A stretch of 64,000 bases of DNA, taken from IMG/VR virus record IMGVR_UViG_3300029305_004466; one strand, 5' to 3'. The translations under genes were made by a program, and so were the position numbers. This document shows, one piece after another, positions 51,981 through 60,614 of this stretch (position 1 is the stretch's first letter; the number at the start of each line of letters is the position of its first letter). The notes under the pieces were generated by a model, which saw only the letters and a program-made list of their open reading frames with translations, ran no database searches and was not told the origin of the DNA. The DNA comes from a virus. Taxonomy: Duplodnaviria; Caudoviricetes.

Positions 51981-52475
51981 TTATCCCTCTCTCATATTAT
52001 GCAAAGCAAATACTATATCACCACTAACACCAAATTGATTAGGATTGTCAAATGTGTTTTGCACTATATCTTGCATTACTTCTGGATTTCCTCTGGAAAC
52101 TCTATTTATATTTTGGGCAAATCCAGTGCCATCATAGGAAACAAGTCTATCGAGATTATCACCTATTGATACTTTGCCAACTCTTTGTGCTTTTCCAAGT
52201 CCTTCATTTGAAATAGCATCAATAGTGCTCATTGCCATTGTACCACCCGTTAATAAGCCTATTCCAACCCCTGTTAACTTTTTTCCAGCTAATCTTTCAT
52301 ATAATGAAGCATCTTTAAGCTCTTCTTCGGTAATGTCTCTTATTAATGACTTACCTAATTTAGCACCACCTTTTACTGTGCCACCAGCAAGTCCAATTGC
52401 ACCTTTACCTAAAGCTCCAAAGGTTTTTTCTCCAATTGTTCCAGTAACATCAATAGCTTTTCGTATTAAACCCAT
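51981..52475 (-). CDS. Gly-rich hypothetical protein
   Basis: ORF with amphipathic Gly/Ala stretches. Confidence 0.55.
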   Translation of the reverse strand: MGLIRKAIDVTGTIGEKTFGALGKGAIGLAGGTVKGGAKLGKSLIRDITEEELKDASLYERLAGKKLTGVGIGLLTGGTMAMSTIDAISNEGLGKAQRVGKVSIGDNLDRLVSYDGTGFAQNINRVSRGNPEVMQDIVQNTFDNPNQFGVSGDIVFALHNMREG

Positions 52476-52479
52476 AATA

Positions 52480-53247
52480 TCACTCCTTAGGTTCGATTAA
52501 TGAATTTAACTCTGTGTTATCTTCATATGCATCGGCTTCATTTGACATATCATCAAAGTCAATAGTATCTATATCTATAATAGTCTGTTCTCGAATAGCC
52601 TTTTGCACTTCTTGGAAAATCTTAATAGCATTTTCAGTAGGGCTTGCAGACTGGCTTCTATCACTAGCCTTATCTTTTCTAGTAGCATTTAACTGATTAA
52701 GGATTTTTACCTTCTTATCCTGTAATACAAGTAAATGTTCTGACTCTGGAGAAATAATATCTCCATAATAAGGTTTACATTTCTTATCTATATCTAATAA
52801 TGTTTTGCCCATGAAATCGCCAGACATAGCTATTTTATTTTCGCATCTCATTTGTTGCACTTCTATGGTAACTAAATCTTTAATTAAAGTAGCATCTACT
52901 AATTCTTCATCTGCAATCATATCTCCACTGGTATTTAAACCAAAATGAAGACAATACTGATTAAATCTGGCTATAATAGCACCGATTTCCATAGGACATC
53001 TTTGCCCTTTAATTCTATTTGCTACATCAACAGTACAGACATCTTTATAAGGACAGTCTTGCTCTTGACATATAATAGGAACAGAAGCAAACATACCATG
53101 CTTAGAAGAACGTATCATAGCAGATTTGCTTATTTCCTGTATAAGAGCAGGATTCAGTCCCCACATTTGGGTCATCGCTGCATTATCATCTACCTTACCT
53201 ATATTTATAATAGGCTGTTTTTGCTTTGTAATAACTTCATCTGCCAT
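52480..53247 (-). CDS. Putative terminase small subunit / Zn-binding packaging protein
   Basis: CxxxxCPYxxxC..RCPxE motif, helical body ending LNATRKDK, near terL. Confidence 0.45.
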   Translation of the reverse strand: MADEVITKQKQPIINIGKVDDNAAMTQMWGLNPALIQEISKSAMIRSSKHGMFASVPIICQEQDCPYKDVCTVDVANRIKGQRCPMEIGAIIARFNQYCLHFGLNTSGDMIADEELVDATLIKDLVTIEVQQMRCENKIAMSGDFMGKTLLDIDKKCKPYYGDIISPESEHLLVLQDKKVKILNQLNATRKDKASDRSQSASPTENAIKIFQEVQKAIREQTIIDIDTIDFDDMSNEADAYEDNTELNSLIEPKE

Positions 53248-53255
53248 TTTATCAC

Positions 53256-53585
53256 CTATTCACACTTTATATATTTTATATTAGAAAATGCACTGTATTG
53301 GTCGTTTTCATATACAGCTCTTACTTTGTATTCATACTCGTTGAATTTCTTAACTGTTTCATCTACATACATTTTACATTTCAATAATTTATTCCTAAGG
53401 TGTGTATTTCTAGGGAATCTAAGAAATGTAAATGGAGTATCTAAATCTTTTATATCAACGGTATCTAATAAATTACCATTTCTATATATCTCGTATGAGA
53501 GTGCAGTTTCATCGTGCTCCCATACGAGATATCCTTTATTTTCTGAGCATATATATGCAATTGTAAAAAGTACTGGTGTTATCAT
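53256..53585 (-). CDS. Fibronectin type III-like protein
   Basis: LVW...SYEIYRNG...YVD..V....YEYKVRAV....S.FSN. Confidence 0.6.
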   Translation of the reverse strand: MITPVLFTIAYICSENKGYLVWEHDETALSYEIYRNGNLLDTVDIKDLDTPFTFLRFPRNTHLRNKLLKCKMYVDETVKKFNEYEYKVRAVYENDQYSAFSNIKYIKCE

Positions 53586-53596
53586 AATCTATCTCC

Positions 53597-54337
53597 CTAA
53601 ATAAAAGGTATACCTGCAATATCACGCTCTCCATATTCATTGGTAATAGGATTTCCGCCTTGGAGCCCTCTGACTACCATACTACCACCTAAATATGCTC
53701 CACCAACAACCCCTGCTCTAATTCTATTTGTCTTTTTGTCATTGGTTGCAAAGTAATATCGTGGGTCTTTACCTTGTAAACTATATGCCTTTTTAGCTAA
53801 CCATTCCTTAGAAGAATCATCTAAAAAGTTGTCTACTATTTTATTTCCGCCTATTTTATTCTTCATGTCTTTTATGTATTTATCATGAATTGCACCTGCC
53901 GGAGCACCTTTTATCTGTCCTGCTATGGAAATCTGTTTAGCTTCAGCCTCTTGCAGATATGCCAAATAGTCTTTATCACCAAATCTATCTGAAATATCAG
54001 ATGCTATTTCTCTTGCTTCTTCGATATTTCCTGATGCTATTTTTTGTTTTAAAGTGCTATAAGAACTGGCATATTCTGCATTCGTTCTGGCTTCAGAGTT
54101 ATTGAACGTTCTCTGAAAATCGTCCATATTCAAATTACTCATTACAGTATTCTTTCTTGCCATACTTCTTCTGGCAACATTAGCAAGCTCGTCTGAAGAT
54201 TGTGCTATATAGGTATTGTAACCGTCTTGCAAACTTTCCACGGTAACGTTTTTGGAGATATTTCTTGCATAAGTCATTGCAGAATCCCCATATTTACCTA
54301 TCTTACCTTTTAAAAATTCCATTATATTAGTTGCCAT
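53597..54337 (-). CDS. Hypothetical protein with C-terminal hydrophobic Gly-rich segment
   Basis: Start MATNI after GGTGG; ends GERDIAGIPFI. Confidence 0.55.
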   Translation of the reverse strand: MATNIMEFLKGKIGKYGDSAMTYARNISKNVTVESLQDGYNTYIAQSSDELANVARRSMARKNTVMSNLNMDDFQRTFNNSEARTNAEYASSYSTLKQKIASGNIEEAREIASDISDRFGDKDYLAYLQEAEAKQISIAGQIKGAPAGAIHDKYIKDMKNKIGGNKIVDNFLDDSSKEWLAKKAYSLQGKDPRYYFATNDKKTNRIRAGVVGGAYLGGSMVVRGLQGGNPITNEYGERDIAGIPFI

Positions 54338-54338
54338 A

Positions 54339-54713
54339 TCAACCACCCTTTGCAAAAGAATACTGTCCTCTATTCTCGTGCGGCTTAGAGGAAGAGCGTC
54401 CATAGTTTATTTTGTTCTTCATATTTTTATATACATTATCATTTGTCATTGGCTTATTTGATGGAATTAAAGTTCTACCATAGACATCGTATCCACTGGC
54501 AGCCATCTTTGCCTGCATATCAACAGTACCCCTAGTTAACATATCATATGATAAAGTTCCGCCATGATTTTCTTTAGAATATTTAGATTTACTTGCCTCT
54601 ATTTCCATTCTAATGTAGGAGCTTATCTGATTTTTAAACGTTGGGTCCTGTATGATTTGATATATCAATTCCTGCAATTGGTCTCTTTGTGTTTGAAATG
54701 GAGTATAAAACAT
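54339..54713 (-). CDS. Hypothetical protein
   Basis: ORF with GGAGG RBS. Confidence 0.6.
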   Translation of the reverse strand: MFYTPFQTQRDQLQELIYQIIQDPTFKNQISSYIRMEIEASKSKYSKENHGGTLSYDMLTRGTVDMQAKMAASGYDVYGRTLIPSNKPMTNDNVYKNMKNKINYGRSSSKPHENRGQYSFAKGG

Positions 54714-54724
54714 GGCTCTACCTC

Positions 54725-55717
54725 CTAGAAATCATCGTCTTCAAGAAGCTCAGAAGCACCCCAAACAGTACCAACAACCGCAGCCGTTGAAATAACTGGA
54801 TGCTTTTTCATATGACCCCACAAGCCAATGCCATCTTTACCTGTACCATTATTAACAACACTTTGTGCCACTTCTAAATCATTATCGCCATCTATAATTT
54901 CTCCAGATGAACCTCTTTGTACTTTTGGAGTATAACCGAGTCTTTTATTTACTTGGTCATATCTTTGTTGCCGTTCTTGCATATAAGCTTCATAAGCTGT
55001 TCTTTCTTTGCGATTTCCATTCCTATCTCTTTTTGGGTATTTTTTTTCTAATTCTGCATCTATTTGTTCATAATCTTTAATTCTTTTTTGTGTAAGTCTG
55101 TCATTAATTGAACCAGTTAATCCTTGTGTTGGACCGCTAACCACTTCACCATTTTCGTATTTATATCTTTGAGGACCAGATGTTTCACCGACTCTTCTGT
55201 ATTGCGGAATTCCATCTATAGGAGTATCTCCATTAAAAGCATTGGCAACATCTGCATCTACATCATATACTTCACCTTCAAGACTTAAAAGATTTTCTTT
55301 TTTCTTTTTTAGCATTTCATCTTTTCGTCTTTTTTTACTAGCTAAATTTTTACGAGTAGTTAAATTAGCTTTTTTTGCAATTCGCTCATAGCCAATTGCA
55401 TAAGTATTGCCTTCTAAAGCAATATTATCTAGGCTTTTTACATTATTAAAATTTATTTCATAACCAAAATCTTCGCCTATTTTTCCTATTACTTTATTCC
55501 AATCGTAATCTGTAGATTTTATTTTCTTTTTTACGCCAGCAACTGAACTGTCTATTGCTCTCGCACTATCGCCAGCCAAGAATAACGACTTATTGCTCTC
55601 TAAAAAATTATCAAAATAGGTATTTAAAATTTTATCGTCTACCTTTGTTACTCCACCAGCGAGTATACCCTTTTTAAAAAAGGCTAAAGCATCGCTTTTT
55701 AGAAAATTTTTAGCCAT
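54725..55717 (-). CDS. Hypothetical protein with C-terminal hydrophobic segment
   Basis: ORF with GGAGG RBS. Confidence 0.6.
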   Translation of the reverse strand: MAKNFLKSDALAFFKKGILAGGVTKVDDKILNTYFDNFLESNKSLFLAGDSARAIDSSVAGVKKKIKSTDYDWNKVIGKIGEDFGYEINFNNVKSLDNIALEGNTYAIGYERIAKKANLTTRKNLASKKRRKDEMLKKKKENLLSLEGEVYDVDADVANAFNGDTPIDGIPQYRRVGETSGPQRYKYENGEVVSGPTQGLTGSINDRLTQKRIKDYEQIDAELEKKYPKRDRNGNRKERTAYEAYMQERQQRYDQVNKRLGYTPKVQRGSSGEIIDGDNDLEVAQSVVNNGTGKDGIGLWGHMKKHPVISTAAVVGTVWGASELLEDDDF

Positions 55718-55728
55718 GGTTATCCCTC

Positions 55729-55980
55729 CTAATTAACTGAAGGTCGTAACAAATTATACTTCCTCTCAGCAAAATCCATTTCTTTCTTAACTTTCTTCAT
55801 CTGTCTTGAAATCTTAATCTTTTTAATTACATTATAGAACTTCAAGCTACAGTACTCTCTAAATAATCTCTGATATTCAAAGGTATTTTCTCTAAATGAC
55901 AGTCTGTACTTTTCTGATAAATCCTCAATCTTTTTATCTACTCTTTCGTATGGGTTCGTTTGCTTTGCTAAAATTGCCAT
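55729..55980 (-). CDS. Basic hypothetical protein
   Basis: ORF with GGAGG RBS. Confidence 0.6.
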   Translation of the reverse strand: MAILAKQTNPYERVDKKIEDLSEKYRLSFRENTFEYQRLFREYCSLKFYNVIKKIKISRQMKKVKKEMDFAERKYNLLRPSVN

Positions 55981-56006
55981 AATTAAATCCTCCTATTAAA
56001 TATACG

Positions 56007-56309
56007 TTAACATGTAATACCTTTGTCAGCTAACATCTTGTTATATTTTGCACTTTCAGTAATTTCACATTCTGGACAGAATATTTTATCTGATTCATTG
56101 CGTTTTATAAAGAATTCCTTGTCGCATTTCATACATTTACATGGTTTATCTTTACGGTTTTCTCTATTTGCTATAGGTATATTGTTGGTTTTACGGATTC
56201 TTTGGACAGAAACTCTAGCATAACCCAGTTGTTCCCCTATCTCTGAATCGGACAAACCTTCTTCTTGTGACATTCTTCTGATTTGTTCTACTATTAAACT
56301 CTTTGCCAT
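56007..56309 (-). CDS. HTH plus Zn-ribbon DNA-binding protein
   Basis: GLSDSEIGEQLGYARVSVQRIR HTH; CxxC...CxxC. Confidence 0.7.
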   Translation of the reverse strand: MAKSLIVEQIRRMSQEEGLSDSEIGEQLGYARVSVQRIRKTNNIPIANRENRKDKPCKCMKCDKEFFIKRNESDKIFCPECEITESAKYNKMLADKGITC

Positions 56310-56383
56310 TTGTTTTCAACTCCTTATGTTTTTGATACTTAATGTTACAATAAGTGTATCATATATTGTTAAAAAATAAAAGC

Positions 56384-56410
56384 AAAAATAATAGCAGGGA
56401 AACCCTGCTA
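56384..56410 (-). terminator. Rho-independent terminator
   Basis: TAGCAGGG-aaa-CCCTGCTA with a U-rich tail on the minus strand. Confidence 0.6.
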
Positions 56411-56417
56411 CGTTTTA

Positions 56418-56654
56418 TCATATAATATGTAAATGTTGTAATATTTCCATCTTAAGCTCTTTATCCGTTACGACCATCAGTTTATTTTTAGTTTCTTTTG
56501 TGGATTTTACCTCAACGAATACCTTTTCAGGGCCTATTTTTACTCCGGCATACTCAAGTGCTTGTTTCATAACTTCAATCGCCTTTTTTGTCCCTACCAT
56601 TACTTGGTAGCATTCTGCTACCATTTCATCAAACTGCTCTGTGTCCTTGTTCAT
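56418..56654 (-). CDS. Hypothetical protein
   Basis: ORF with GGGAGAG RBS. Confidence 0.55.
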   Translation of the reverse strand: MNKDTEQFDEMVAECYQVMVGTKKAIEVMKQALEYAGVKIGPEKVFVEVKSTKETKNKLMVVTDKELKMEILQHLHII

Positions 56655-56733
56655 TTAATCGCTCTCCCTTAATATGAAAAATTTTATATATATTTTTTTA
56701 GGATGGGGCGAAGCCCCACGCTATATACGGTTT

Positions 56734-57003
56734 TTATATTAACCCCACCCTCTTTAATATTTCAAACTTTACGCCTTCATCCTTTAATAACGCCATCTTG
56801 TCTTTTCTGATGTATTTATTTGGAACGAATACGTTAAACCTGCGTTCCGCTGGCGTTAATGATTGCGTAGCAATCTTAATTGCTTCAGGATGAGCAAGAT
56901 ATACGTTTATTGCTCTTAAATTTTGCAATTTTTTGTATTCGCCATGGGCGAATGCTTTTAATTCCTCAAGATTTTCATTGAAATATATGCCATTGCTGCT
57001 CAT
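56734..57003 (-). CDS. Hypothetical protein
   Basis: Start MSSNGIY after GAGGTGG. Confidence 0.6.
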   Translation of the reverse strand: MSSNGIYFNENLEELKAFAHGEYKKLQNLRAINVYLAHPEAIKIATQSLTPAERRFNVFVPNKYIRKDKMALLKDEGVKFEILKRVGLI

Positions 57004-57022
57004 ATTTACCACCTCTAACACC

Positions 57023-57051
57023 ATTGTAGCACATATTGGGGAAAATTGCAA
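57023..57051 (-). promoter_or_regulatory. sigmaA-type promoter
   Basis: TTGCAA-17 nt-TACAAT with extended TG, at the strand switch. Confidence 0.6.
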
Positions 57052-57207
57052 CATTTTGTTACAGCCGTATAGGGTATTTTTATATATATATTTTTGGGGG
57101 GACTTGGTTTAATATTATGAACTTTGATTCGAAGTTCGGAACCCCACCCTATTTTGAATGGGCAGGGTGAAACAACAAAATCTTATATTATGAAAGGAGT
57201 CATTATT

Positions 57208-57750
57208 ATGGCAAACAACATCACAGGTAGTATTATTATTACCAACAAGACAGCAGAACTCACAGAAGAGGAAAGAATGGAATGTCTTAAAAAGGCAATG
57301 GATAGAATTACATTCCTCGAAGGCGTTGACAAAACATGGAAGGACTATGAACATGATATGCGTATGCTCAAGGCTATTGAAGATGGTGAGTTAGAGCCAG
57401 AATTTATTGCTCTTCTCACATTATCTAATAGTGAAAGAGAGCACGTAGAGAAGAACATGGAATACTACAGAATAGGTAGTGGCTTACATGACGCTCTATA
57501 TGTTAATCCTATCCCAACTGTAGAGTCTAGTCTTAGCAACGAAGAAACAGAAAGATTCGTAGCTATGCTTGAGGCTGAAGAAGAGTCATATCCATGGGAT
57601 GATGATTGGTATGAACAGTGGAGGGATGAACAAGCGGCATTACCAGACTATGGCTGTATTGACATTGATTGGGATGCCATGGATAAAGTAGTTGAAGAAC
57701 TTGACCTCATATATGCTGATTATATTGACAAGGAATTACCGTTCAATTAA
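57208..57750 (+). CDS. Highly acidic hypothetical protein
   Basis: AAAGGAG RBS before ATG 57208; D/E/W-rich C-terminus. Confidence 0.65.
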   Translation: MANNITGSIIITNKTAELTEEERMECLKKAMDRITFLEGVDKTWKDYEHDMRMLKAIEDGELEPEFIALLTLSNSEREHVEKNMEYYRIGSGLHDALYVNPIPTVESSLSNEETERFVAMLEAEEESYPWDDDWYEQWRDEQAALPDYGCIDIDWDAMDKVVEELDLIYADYIDKELPFN

Positions 57751-57812
57751 TTAGCCTACAGCTCCCTAGTATACGGAGCTATATAAATAGTATACTACTA
57801 CCCCTATATACC

Positions 57813-57865
57813 CCCGTCTACATGGTATGAGTCCATGTACTGATGATGGCATGAGCCGAAACGGG
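57813..57865 (+). ncRNA. Hammerhead ribozyme, type III (copy 1)
   Basis: CCCGUC^ / stem I UACAUGG-CCAUGUA / CUGAUGA(U) / stem II GGC-GCC / GAAA / CGGG; predicted cleavage after 57818. Confidence 0.92.
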
Positions 57866-57924
57866 ATTATCAGTAAACTACTACATATATGTACCCGTTG
57901 CATAACAAAGGAAAGGAGTTCACT

Positions 57925-58248
57925 ATGATGAACACAAATTTAATTAATTTCGCAACTAATAAGGCTATCAATGACCATGATGGTAGAAAAGATGAATTAG
58001 CTGGTGTATGTTTACTTGCTAATGGCTTACTCGGAGCTATCCCTGCTACAAATAAGGCGTTCAGTATCAATGAATTGTATGTGGGTAAAGATGGCATGGC
58101 ACACATTAGTACCAATTCTATCAGTGGTACAGTAATGCCTTGGAATGACCTTACTACAAAAGAGGGTATCAAGGAATTTAATGATACCCTTACATTTGAT
58201 TCTAATAAGATAGTAAAGGTTATCTTCATTAAGGTTGTAGAAGCTTAA
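57925..58248 (+). CDS. Hypothetical protein enclosed between the two hammerheads
   Basis: AAAGGAG RBS before ATG 57925; 107 aa. Confidence 0.7.
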   Translation: MMNTNLINFATNKAINDHDGRKDELAGVCLLANGLLGAIPATNKAFSINELYVGKDGMAHISTNSISGTVMPWNDLTTKEGIKEFNDTLTFDSNKIVKVIFIKVVEA

Positions 58249-58280
58249 AGCTTATGGTCCTGAGCATGACCTTAAAAGGC

Positions 58281-58339
58281 TCCCGTCTATATAGGGTAGT
58301 GCCTATATACTGATGATGGCAGCTATAGCCGAAACGGGA
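58281..58339 (+). ncRNA. Hammerhead ribozyme, type III (copy 2)
   Basis: UCCCGUC^ / stem I UAUAUAGG-CCUAUAUA / CUGAUGA(U) / GGC-GCC / GAAA / CGGGA; predicted cleavage after 58287; stem I covaries with copy 1. Confidence 0.92.
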
Positions 58340-58407
58340 TTATCAGCTAACCTAACAAAAATACATATAACGTATACCCGTTATACGAAAAGAAAGGAGA
58401 TAGTATT

Positions 58408-58686
58408 ATGAGCTATCAGACAAACAATCAGGAAATCAAGGAAATGAGACACATCAGCTACAAGATTCAGAGTGCTGAAAGAAGAAAACAGAGAATTTAC
58501 AATGCCATCTGTACCGTATTAGGGTACATTGGTATGGCTATATTCTCTATAGTAACGGCTCTTTTCTTCATGTATGCATGGATTGAGGAAGACAGAAGAT
58601 GGAATCCACCTGTTCTCGATACGATTGATTATGTTAATCCATATGAGACACCTGATGAGGAACCTTGGTATGTACCAGAAGCATAA
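58408..58686 (+). CDS. Single-TM membrane protein
   Basis: AAAGGAG RBS; hydrophobic ICTVLGYIGMAIFSIVTALFFMYAW. Confidence 0.7.
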   Translation: MSYQTNNQEIKEMRHISYKIQSAERRKQRIYNAICTVLGYIGMAIFSIVTALFFMYAWIEEDRRWNPPVLDTIDYVNPYETPDEEPWYVPEA

Positions 58687-58702
58687 GAAAGGAGGAAATA
58701 TT

Positions 58703-59131
58703 ATGAGAAAATACGATAACTATATCAATGAAATGGAATATACCTATATAAGCGGTTACAGAGTATTTTTATCCGAACATTCTATTCAGCGTATTAATGA
58801 AAGAATGTACTCAAGACAGGATGCTATTGAGGACACAATTTGCGACATTGTTAAGGTTATTAGTAATGAATTCATGTATAAGTATTTGTCTTATAACATG
58901 GGAAATCGTAATAACTATGAGAATGTTGATGTACTGGTATTTGATGTTCCGAATAATAAGGTATATGCTCTTAGGCTTAAGCCATTTAAGAAGCACATCA
59001 TCCTTAAAACAGTTGGTAATAGCAAAACAAGCGAGTGGCTATATGCTAATAAAAGACAGAGAATGTGTTGGATTTATCCAGATGCATTTAAGTTTAGTAC
59101 TGCAAATGGCAACATTACATGGTGTAAATAA
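58703..59131 (+). CDS. Hypothetical protein with H..xR..ER motif (DUF4258/RelE-like?)
   Basis: GGAGG RBS; LSEHSIQRINER...ILKTV. Confidence 0.5.
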   Translation: MRKYDNYINEMEYTYISGYRVFLSEHSIQRINERMYSRQDAIEDTICDIVKVISNEFMYKYLSYNMGNRNNYENVDVLVFDVPNNKVYALRLKPFKKHIILKTVGNSKTSEWLYANKRQRMCWIYPDAFKFSTANGNITWCK

Positions 59132-59138
59132 AGGAGGA

Positions 59139-59726
59139 ATGATTATGAAGATTAAGAATTTATTCTATGGTTTAGTAGGTATGATTGCATATTATAAATA
59201 TGCTATGGAAAACAAGGTTGATGTTAAGGCAACAAAAGAAAACAAAGTAGATACAATAAATGTTAACGGTAAAGAAGTAAACATTCACTGTATTCCTGAC
59301 ATAAATAAATATGGTATCTATTATTGTGCAGTTGTTATTGTTCCATTTAATACTTTTATTGCAGTAGATGAGTACTTCTATGCATTCCCTGAAAAAGTAC
59401 AGCAGGCAATGATTTATCATGAAGCTGGGCATTACGCACATGGTCACTACAACAAAGGAATAAAGTATATGTGGAATGTGTATGTAGAATTAGGCAAGAT
59501 TAAACTCACTAAAAAGAACACTAATCTATTACAGGAGCTTACTTTATTAACCAGAGATATTAGAGATGAGTTTGAAGCAGACAAATATTCTATGGACAAT
59601 GTAGGTTCTGAAGCGGCAATTCAAATGTTATACATGCTCAATGAGTTAATATGCGTGAAAATGGGATATGAAACTACAGAGTATGTTGACAGATATAACA
59701 ACTTAATGAAAGGAGGTGAATTCTAA
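59139..59726 (+). CDS. Zincin-like metallopeptidase
   Basis: AMIYHEAGH (HExxH) and DEFEADKY; AGGAGG RBS. Confidence 0.7.
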   Translation: MIMKIKNLFYGLVGMIAYYKYAMENKVDVKATKENKVDTINVNGKEVNIHCIPDINKYGIYYCAVVIVPFNTFIAVDEYFYAFPEKVQQAMIYHEAGHYAHGHYNKGIKYMWNVYVELGKIKLTKKNTNLLQELTLLTRDIRDEFEADKYSMDNVGSEAAIQMLYMLNELICVKMGYETTEYVDRYNNLMKGGEF

Positions 59727-59872
59727 TGATTAAGACAACAGATAAGAACTTTGAGTACAGTAATGCAAGATACTTCGGTAGCTACCGAAGAACAGGGCAG
59801 CCTTACAATCCATATAAGGCTCGTGAAGAAGCTAAGAAGAAGGAGGGTAAATATGGTTTCAGAAAATACTAA
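59726..59872 (+). CDS. Small basic protein (48 aa)
   Basis: Missing from the ORF track; AGGAGGTGA RBS, TAATG coupling, MIKTTDKNFEYSNARYFGSYRR... Confidence 0.55.
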   Translation: MIKTTDKNFEYSNARYFGSYRRTGQPYNPYKAREEAKKKEGKYGFRKY

Positions 59873-60005
59873 AGACCGAATCATTGAGTGTGATGCCAGA
59901 ATCAAAGCGTTGGAAGACTTAAAGACCAGATGCAACAATCCAGATGGTATTCAGATGCTTATTGATGACATGAAGGCACGAAAAGAAAAGCTGATTAAAG
60001 AATAA
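59853..60005 (+). CDS. Small helical protein
   Basis: GGAGG RBS before MVSENTK. Confidence 0.55.
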   Translation: MVSENTKDRIIECDARIKALEDLKTRCNNPDGIQMLIDDMKARKEKLIKE

Positions 60006-60121
60006 TACATACTTGATATTCTATCCGTTATTTATTATCGGCTTTAAAAAAAATTTTCTCTTTGAAAGGAGGTGATGCTAGTGTGGCTCTGTATGACACA
60101 CCCAGAAGGGAGGTGAATACA

Positions 60122-60421
60122 ATGAAAGATTTATTATTGTCACAGACCACAAAAGAATGCAAAAGATTAAACTCTTGTGGAGATGTACTCATTGATATGC
60201 TACATAATAATAAACTGGATAACTTTGATAAGGCATCTATTGCTTATCTTAATATTCAGTTTAACAATCTACAAGAGATTGCCGGAGCTCTAGATATGGC
60301 TATATTAAATAGCTATGAGGACAGAGAGCTATTATTAACCATAATCCCATATATAAATGACTTCTCATTTATGGTAGCTTCATTTACGGGAAAGATAATG
60401 GAGTTAAAGGAGATGATTTAA
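60122..60421 (+). CDS. Hypothetical protein
   Basis: GGAGGTGA RBS before MKDLL. Confidence 0.6.
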   Translation: MKDLLLSQTTKECKRLNSCGDVLIDMLHNNKLDNFDKASIAYLNIQFNNLQEIAGALDMAILNSYEDRELLLTIIPYINDFSFMVASFTGKIMELKEMI

Positions 60422-60422
60422 T

Positions 60423-60614
60423 ATGGAGATAGTTGTTGCACTAGGAGCCGTTATAGGCTTCTTTATTTTTGCAGTTTTTGTCATTCAGGTGTTATTTGAT
60501 GCGGAAATAGACGAACTGCGAAGAAAGGATAAACGATACTATTACAAGAAGTATCTTTATCATAGAAAAGAGGCTAAGAAAGCCTACAAAAAATACAAGA
60601 AAGGTAAAAGGTGA
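60423..60614 (+). CDS. Small membrane protein
   Basis: N-terminal TM helix, basic tail. Confidence 0.6.
   Translation: MEIVVALGAVIGFFIFAVFVIQVLFDAEIDELRRKDKRYYYKKYLYHRKEAKKAYKKYKKGKR

Noticed and set aside
492-56223. Numerous short plus-strand ORFs in the ORF track (including 52945-53604)
   Set aside because: They are antisense shadows of long minus-strand genes, lack RBSs and have implausible composition.
58574-59138. Long overlapping 5' extensions of ORFs 58574-59131 and 58797-59726
   Set aside because: Strong RBSs support later starts at 58703 and 59139, which removes the overlaps.
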